The notes below the pieces were generated by a model. The model worked only from the letters and a program-made list of their open reading frames with translations. It was not told the DNA's origin and did not search any database. A DNA stretch of 64,000 nucleotides, from assembly GCA_038231435.1 (NCBI GenBank), contig JBBRLJ010000012.1:53899-117898 (forward strand). Direction: 5' to 3'. The translations under genes and the position numbers were made by a program. Position 1 is the stretch's first letter; each line of letters begins with the position of its first letter. The stretch comes from Planctomycetota bacterium. Its GTDB lineage: Bacteria > Planctomycetota > UBA11346. Positions 58,219 through 64,000 of this stretch are shown piece after piece.

Positions 58219-59127
58219 TCAGCCCAGCCAGCGGTACGACAGGGTCCACGACGCGGTCTCGCCATGCACCCAGGCGCGCGCGAGCTTCGGCTCGACCGAG
58301 AACACGCGCGCCGTGGCGAACATCACCGCATGGTCGAGCGGCCGGTCGAGCTGGAGCGCCATGCGTCCTCCGCCGGCTTTCGTGTCGAGGTGCACGACCA
58401 GCGCGCCGCGCTCGCCCCACAGGCCGGTGGCGACGGCACGGCCCTGCGGAACTCCGGACATGCGCCAACGTCCGTCCTCGGATCGGGCCATCGGACCAGT
58501 GAGCGTGGGCCCGACCTGATTCCCCGGCTGTGCGCCATCTCCTGGGAACGTGATCGCGGTGGCGTCGATGCCGTCGTGGGCGAAGAACGGATGGGCGAAC
58601 CAGGTGACCGGATGCGTGAGCCAGCTCTCGATGCGCAGCGTCAGGGTGGTGGTGGAATCGAGCCCGTCCTCGCGCAGCGCGACGCGACGGCAAAGGGTGT
58701 AGCCGTAGGGCTTGCCGTTCTCGAGCAGGACGTCATCGCTGGCGCGCATGGTGACCGCGTCCTCGGCCTGCTCGGTGATCTCCCAGTCGAGCGTGCCGAC
58801 CAGCGGCTGGTGTGCGACGGCCTCGCGCGGGCTGTTGGCGCTGCGGCGCAGGCGGCCGGCGCCGATGCGCAGGTACTCCTCGTTCATCGGCGTCGCGCCC
58901 CAGCCCAGCGAGTTCTCGAAGGTCTCCGGCAGACCCTCGCCATCGAAGCGATCCCACGGAGCGCCGACCCGGCCGGTGAGACAACGGTCCTTCAGCCACA
59001 ACGCGCGCACATAGCCACCGTGCACGTAGCGCGCGCCGAGCGTCAGCGGATCCGCGCGCGGATCGTAGACCTCGGCGCGCCACGCGCCGCGCGCGAGCGT
59101 GATGATGGGCAGGGCGGGATTCGACAT
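58219..59127 (-). CDS. Hypothetical protein, possible galactose-mutarotase-like fold
   Basis: Beta-rich; WFAHPFF resembles the aldose epimerase H-x-(Y/F)-F motif; directly upstream of GH127. Confidence 0.6.
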   Translation of the reverse strand: MSNPALPIITLARGAWRAEVYDPRADPLTLGARYVHGGYVRALWLKDRCLTGRVGAPWDRFDGEGLPETFENSLGWGATPMNEEYLRIGAGRLRRSANSPREAVAHQPLVGTLDWEITEQAEDAVTMRASDDVLLENGKPYGYTLCRRVALREDGLDSTTTLTLRIESWLTHPVTWFAHPFFAHDGIDATAITFPGDGAQPGNQVGPTLTGPMARSEDGRWRMSGVPQGRAVATGLWGERGALVVHLDTKAGGGRMALQLDRPLDHAVMFATARVFSVEPKLARAWVHGETASWTLSYRWLG

Positions 59128-59153
59128 GGTGGCGCTCGCGGTCGAGATCGGCG

Positions 59154-60002
59154 TTACGGCGATGAATTCCGGGCGGCATGTGGCGGCGATCCGGCCTTGC
59201 CCGTGCGCCAGCGTGCGAGCGCGGTGGCGCGCAGGCCGGTGTACCAGCGATCGAGGGCATCGCGATGCGTCAGGGTCGTCGTCATCAGTCCGTCGGCGCG
59301 CGTCGCGACGCGCAGGCCGCGCGCGTCCCAGGCGCCGCTGTCGAGGTAGCGATCCGCGGCGGCGGTGTTGCAGAACACGAGCGGCGTCGCGGTCTCGGCC
59401 GCGCGCGCCGCGCACAGCGCGGGGATCACCGCGCCCTTGGTTCCCGGATCGGGATCCGGGCCGGCCATGTGCGCGATGGCGAGATGGGCGTCGGCCCCGG
59501 CCTCGGCGAGGGACATCCACACGTCAGGGAAGCGCAGATCATAGCAGATGGCGATGCCCAGGCGCCAGCCGGCGAAAGAGACCACGCAGCCCTGGCCGCC
59601 GGGTGCGAAATGGGCGACATCGGTCGGCGTCAGGCACTGCTTGGCGTAGCGCTGGGCAGGGATCGCGCCGCCGCACAGCGCGTCGTTGGTGCAGCGGCCG
59701 CCGGATCCGAGGGTTCCGTTCGAGATCGTGCCGAGCACCAGCAGCAGGCCAAGGCCGCGGGCGATATCCTGGAGCTCGGCCTCGCGCGCCGCAACCAGCC
59801 GCCAATCGAGGTCCACGGTGTCATCACGCGCGGCGCTCGGGTATCCGGTGAGGGCGCACTCGGGGGTCAGCAGCACGCGCGCGCCGTCCGCGGCCGCACG
59901 CGCGAGCGCTACGGCAATGGCGTTGGCGTTGGCGCGCACGTCCGCTGTCGCGGTGAAGGCCATGGCGGCGACCGGCAACGGGTCGTGCAGGCGTTCGGGC
60001 AT
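59154..60002 (-). CDS. Carbon-nitrogen hydrolase (nitrilase superfamily)
   Basis: PECALTGY (Glu), YAK..L (Lys), ICYDLRFP (Cys). Confidence 0.9.
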   Translation of the reverse strand: MPERLHDPLPVAAMAFTATADVRANANAIAVALARAAADGARVLLTPECALTGYPSAARDDTVDLDWRLVAAREAELQDIARGLGLLLVLGTISNGTLGSGGRCTNDALCGGAIPAQRYAKQCLTPTDVAHFAPGGQGCVVSFAGWRLGIAICYDLRFPDVWMSLAEAGADAHLAIAHMAGPDPDPGTKGAVIPALCAARAAETATPLVFCNTAAADRYLDSGAWDARGLRVATRADGLMTTTLTHRDALDRWYTGLRATALARWRTGKAGSPPHAARNSSP

Positions 60003-60048
60003 GGCGTGGATCGTGGCAGCGCGGTGACGGGGGCAACGCCATCTCTTA

Positions 60049-60180
60049 GTTGGGGGGCTACTTCCTACGGACGGCAGATGCCGCAAAGGGCATCTGAGAT
60101 CGCTTCGCGATCCCCCCAACATCGCGCTGCCCCTAGCGACCGGGGCCTTACGCCGCCGCTGCCCCCCGGGAAGAAACAGG
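60049..60180 (-). repeat. Structured intergenic repeat, module C
   Basis: Reverse complement of 39342-39442 with an extra segment of about 27 nt in the tail. Confidence 0.93.
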
Positions 60181-60284
60181 AAGTGAGGGTTTCAGGAGCA
60201 GGCACCATTGCCGCTTCTCTACTCCATACGGACTGGGGGCGGACTCCCCTTGCCCGGCGCACCGATCCCCCATCCTCGCCGGCG

Positions 60285-61724
60285 ATGCCCGCACGCACCG
60301 ATTCCTACGACAGCCCGCTCGCCACGCGCTACGCCTCGCGCGAGATGGCGGCGCTGTTTTCCGACGACCGTAAATTCCAGACCTGGCGCAAGCTGTGGAT
60401 CGAGCTGGCGCGCGCCGAGCAGCGCCTGGGCCTGCCGATCACCGACGCGCAGCTCGCCGAGATGGAGGCGCACGTCGTCGACATCGACTACGACATGGCG
60501 CGTCGCGAAGAGAAGAAGCGCCGCCACGACGTGATGGCCCACGTCCACACCTTCGGCCACGTCGCCCCATCGGCCGCGCCCATCATCCATCTCGGCGCCA
60601 CCAGCTGCTACGTTACCGACAACACCGATCTGATCGTCATGCGCGACGGCTTGGGCCTGCTCTGCGACAAGCTGGCGCGCGTGATCGACCGCCTCGCCCG
60701 TTTCGCAGCCAAGCACAAGGATCTGCCGACCCTGGGCTTCACCCATTTCCAGGCCGCGCAGCTGACCACCGTCGGCAAGCGCGCCTGCCTGTGGCTGCAG
60801 GATCTGGTCATCGACCTCACCCGTCTCGAGCGCGCGCGTGGCGATCTGCGCTTCCGCGGCGTGAAGGGCACCACCGGCACCCAGGCGAGCTTCCTCTCGC
60901 TCTTCGGCGGCGATCACGAGAAAGTCGAGGAGCTCGACCGCCTGGTGACGCGTGCGTTCGGCTTCCCCTCGGCGTTCATCGTCACTGGTCAGACCTACAG
61001 CCGCAAGATCGACGCTGACATCGTCGCCGCGCTGGCCTCGCTCGGCGCCACCGTGCACAAGATGGGCACCGACCTGCGCCTGCTCGCCCACCTCAAGGAG
61101 GTCGAGGAGCCGTTCGAGGAGGACCAGATCGGTTCGAGCGCCATGGCCTACAAGCGCAATCCGATGCGCTCCGAACGCGCCTGCTCGATCGGGCGCCACC
61201 TGATGACGTTGGTGAACGACGCCTACCAGACCCACGCGGTGCAGTGGATGGAGCGCACCTTGGACGACAGCGCAGCGCGGCGGGTGTTCATCCCCGAGGC
61301 GTTCCTCTCGGCCGACGCGGTGCTGACCATCCTGCAGAATGTCTGCGAGGGCCTGGTGGTGTACCCGCAGGTGGTCGCCCGGCACATCCGCGACGAGCTG
61401 CCGTTCATGGCCACCGAGAACATCATCATGGCGATGGTCGCCGCCGGCGGCAGCCGCCAGGACTGCCACGAGCGCATCCGCGTGCTCAGCCACCAGGCTG
61501 CGGCTCGCGTGAAGCAGGAAGGCCTCGACAACGATCTCATCGCGCGCGTGCGCGCGGACGCGTACTTCGCGCCGATCCATGCCAAGCTCGACGGCATCAT
61601 GGATCCGGCGACCTTCATCGGCCGCGCCCCGCAGCAGGTCGATCGCTTCCTCGCCGAGGAGGTCCGTCCGGCCATCGCCGCATACCGCGATCGCCTCGGC
61701 GGCACCAGCCAGCTGAGCGTCTGA
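60285..61724 (+). CDS. purB: Adenylosuccinate lyase
   Basis: [50 protein letters not shown]. Confidence 0.96.
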   Translation: MPARTDSYDSPLATRYASREMAALFSDDRKFQTWRKLWIELARAEQRLGLPITDAQLAEMEAHVVDIDYDMARREEKKRRHDVMAHVHTFGHVAPSAAPIIHLGATSCYVTDNTDLIVMRDGLGLLCDKLARVIDRLARFAAKHKDLPTLGFTHFQAAQLTTVGKRACLWLQDLVIDLTRLERARGDLRFRGVKGTTGTQASFLSLFGGDHEKVEELDRLVTRAFGFPSAFIVTGQTYSRKIDADIVAALASLGATVHKMGTDLRLLAHLKEVEEPFEEDQIGSSAMAYKRNPMRSERACSIGRHLMTLVNDAYQTHAVQWMERTLDDSAARRVFIPEAFLSADAVLTILQNVCEGLVVYPQVVARHIRDELPFMATENIIMAMVAAGGSRQDCHERIRVLSHQAAARVKQEGLDNDLIARVRADAYFAPIHAKLDGIMDPATFIGRAPQQVDRFLAEEVRPAIAAYRDRLGGTSQLSV

Positions 61725-62119
61725 TGCGCACGCTTCTCGTCCTCGCCGCAGCGCTGCTCGCGGCTGGATGTGGCGGTACGCGCCTGCGCGTGGTCGATTC
61801 CAGTACCGGCTACGCCGTGGGGCGCGCCAGCGTGGTGGCGCAGGATGCCGCCGGTCGCACGCGCCAGCTCGCGGTGTCGAACCATGCCGGCCAGGCCGAG
61901 ATACGGCTGCCCGAGCGCACCTCGTTCATCTACGTGCGCGCCGAGGGCTACCAGACCTGGGGACGCAGCGCGCGCTGGCTGGTCGAACAGTCGGGAACCG
62001 TGACGGTCGAGCTCAAGCCCGCCTGGCTGGGAGCCTTCATGGACGGCGGCGTCAAACCTGCCACCGGCGATGCCGCGTATGTCGTCCCCAAACCCTGCCA
62101 CTGCCACACCGCCCGCTGA
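61724..62119 (+). CDS. Small lipoprotein, carboxypeptidase-regulatory-like beta-sandwich
   Basis: Lipobox LAAGC; VVD..TG..V..A.V...SN..G...V.AEGY; TGATG overlap with purB. Confidence 0.72.
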   Translation: MRTLLVLAAALLAAGCGGTRLRVVDSSTGYAVGRASVVAQDAAGRTRQLAVSNHAGQAEIRLPERTSFIYVRAEGYQTWGRSARWLVEQSGTVTVELKPAWLGAFMDGGVKPATGDAAYVVPKPCHCHTAR

Positions 62120-63710
62120 GGCGTCGGATCCGACCGTGCGACTGAGCGCGCGTTCGGCAGTTCCGACGGAGCCGGGTATCGCGGGCGATGCCGTCGTCGC
62201 CGAGCCCGCACGCCCGTGGCTGCCGTGGCTCGCGCTCGGCATGATGCTCGGCTGCATGGCCCCGGGCGCGGCAGCGCTCGCGGTCGGCGCCGGCTCGGCG
62301 ATGTCCTGGTGGTGGTGCTGTGGCGTGCCGCTGGCGCTCGCGGCCGCGTGGTTCGAGGCGCCGATCCCGCGCTGGGAGCGAGCCCGCCTGCCGCTGGCGT
62401 CGCGCGTGTTGGCGCTCGCCGCGGCGGCGCTCCTGGGCGGGGCGCTCGCCGAGCGCGCCGGCGCGGGCCCAGGCGCCGACCCCGCCGCGTCGGCGCCGCG
62501 CCTGATGGAGCTCGAGGGAACGGTCACCACGCTCGGGCGCCTCGGCTACCACCAGTGGGCGACGCTGTCGCCGTCGCGGATGCTGCTCCCGACCGACGCG
62601 CCGCTGCCGCGCCGACTGTCAGTCGACGTCGAGGACGCACTGCCCGGCCTGGTGGTGGGCGACCTGGTGCGGGTGCGCGGAGAATGGCAGCGCGGCTCGC
62701 GCGGCGAGAGCATCGACGCGGTGGGCGTCGAGCGCCTGGTGATCCGCGAGAACGGCCCCCGGGGTTGGGCGTGGCGGGCGCTGGATCGCGTGCAGGGCCA
62801 CCGCGCCCTCGCCGAGTCGCTGCTGATCGGCCAGGGCAGCCCGCCCGAGCTCATGGATTTCCGTCGATCCGGGCTGATGCACGTGCTCGCGGTCAGCGGC
62901 ATGCACCTGGTGATCGCGGTGATGCTGGCGTCGTGGCTGATGCGCCTGGTGGGACTCGGCTGGTGGCCGCGGCAGCTGGCGCTGGTGGCGCTGGTGGCGG
63001 GCTACACGTGGCTCACCGCCGCGTCGCCGGCGACCATGCGCGCATTAGCGATGGAACTGAGCGTGATCGCCATGGGCGTGATGGCGCGCGAGCCGCATCG
63101 CTTCGCGGCGATGAGCCTGTCGGTGATCGTGCTGCTGGTGATGGATCCGCTCTATGCCACCGACATCGGCTTCCAGCTCTCGATCGTGGCGGTCGCGGGC
63201 ATCATCACCCTGGGCATGGATCTCGCCCGCCTGCGCGAGCGTGCGCTGCCGCTCGCGGCCTGGCCGCTCGACCGGCCAGCCTGGCGCGGGCTGCTGTGGT
63301 GCGGGCGCAGCGCGTGCGACGGCTTCGCGATCGGGATCAGCGCGACGCTCGCCACCGCGCCCATCATCGCCTGGCACTTCTGCACCGCGTATCCGTGGTC
63401 GGCGCTGGCGACCCTGTTCGCATCGCCGCCCGCGACCGGCGCGCTGTGGCTCGGGCTCCCATGCCTGGGCCTCGATGGATTGTTTCCGAACGGTCCTTGG
63501 GAAGGCCTCTACGCCGGACTCGAGGCGAGCCTGCACGCGCTGGCGGTGGTGGTGTCATGGGCCGCGACCTGGCCCGGAGCGATGCTGAGCGTAGGCGTGC
63601 CGTCGCTGGCGATGGTGATGCTGTGGCCGCTGCTGTTCATCTCGCTGCGCGACGCCCGCGACCTGGCGCTGCGCGTGGCGGCCGTGTGTGCCTTGCTGCT
63701 GCTCTGGTGA
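62070..63710 (+). CDS. comEC: ComEC/Rec2 competence membrane protein (no C-terminal MBL domain)
   Basis: FRRSGL.HVLAVSGMH, P..RA..M, DIGFQLS..AV.GI, T.PI..WHF; start uncertain. Confidence 0.88.
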   Translation: MPRMSSPNPATATPPAEASDPTVRLSARSAVPTEPGIAGDAVVAEPARPWLPWLALGMMLGCMAPGAAALAVGAGSAMSWWWCCGVPLALAAAWFEAPIPRWERARLPLASRVLALAAAALLGGALAERAGAGPGADPAASAPRLMELEGTVTTLGRLGYHQWATLSPSRMLLPTDAPLPRRLSVDVEDALPGLVVGDLVRVRGEWQRGSRGESIDAVGVERLVIRENGPRGWAWRALDRVQGHRALAESLLIGQGSPPELMDFRRSGLMHVLAVSGMHLVIAVMLASWLMRLVGLGWWPRQLALVALVAGYTWLTAASPATMRALAMELSVIAMGVMAREPHRFAAMSLSVIVLLVMDPLYATDIGFQLSIVAVAGIITLGMDLARLRERALPLAAWPLDRPAWRGLLWCGRSACDGFAIGISATLATAPIIAWHFCTAYPWSALATLFASPPATGALWLGLPCLGLDGLFPNGPWEGLYAGLEASLHALAVVVSWAATWPGAMLSVGVPSLAMVMLWPLLFISLRDARDLALRVAAVCALLLLW

Positions 63711-63719
63711 GATTTTTTT

Positions 63720-64000
63720 TTCAGGGGCTTCGCCCCTACGGCCCTGGCGGGCCTACCCCACGGGCTTTGTCGGGGCTCGGTTTCTCCGCTTCGCTACGAA
63801 ACCGTCGGCGGATCGGCTTCTCCGATTGTATCCGCCGACCGCCCCTCGGCGCCCGCCCCATCGCTGGGCGATGGGGCCCCCGTCCAATCGGGCGGCCCAG
63901 CCGCCCGGCCGCCGAGTCCTGGTTTGCGTGAACAATGGGCGCAGCCCATCACGCAAACTTTCTGGCCGCCTGGCGGACAGAAAGAAGGACGACAAAGGCC
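63720..64000. repeat. Composite structured repeat: terminal hairpin + A(-), hairpin D, B(+); runs off the window
   Basis: 63720-63854 is the reverse complement of 19631-19764 with substitutions; 63907-64000 is the reverse complement of 19502-19593. Confidence 0.95.

Overview
High-GC (roughly 70% by eye) bacterial chromosomal segment with about 54 tightly packed CDSs. The gene content (secreted HEAT/TPR proteins, a Ser/Thr kinase-LRR, a YHS-like protein, eukaryote-like purB, several PhyH dioxygenases) suggests Planctomycetota/PVC; this is inference only. Housekeeping genes include nth, mtnD, recG, rlmK-like, nnr, trmH-like, dinB, a RapA-like SNF2, ilvB/ilvN, a DEAD-box helicase, trpF, fpr, purB and comEC. 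There is also a translationally coupled TolC/adaptor/ABC exporter operon, GH20 and GH127 glycosidases, and three AraC-PhyH divergent loci (one AraC decayed). I saw no rRNA, tRNA, CRISPR array, integrase or transposase. The most striking signal is non-coding: modular intergenic palindromic elements at seven sites. Two sequence families (A and B) differ in sequence but fold into the same three-way junction with compensatory base changes, and a third family (C) folds into a four-way junction. Nearly all hairpins carry C(GNA)G triloops, which points to a folded single-stranded DNA substrate (REP/REPIN-like, mobiliser not in this window). One PhyH paralog is bracketed by inverted C copies. Separately, many intergenic gaps hold 7-bp-period arrays with different units, and the DEAD-box gene has a second DbpA-type RNA-binding domain in the -1 frame.
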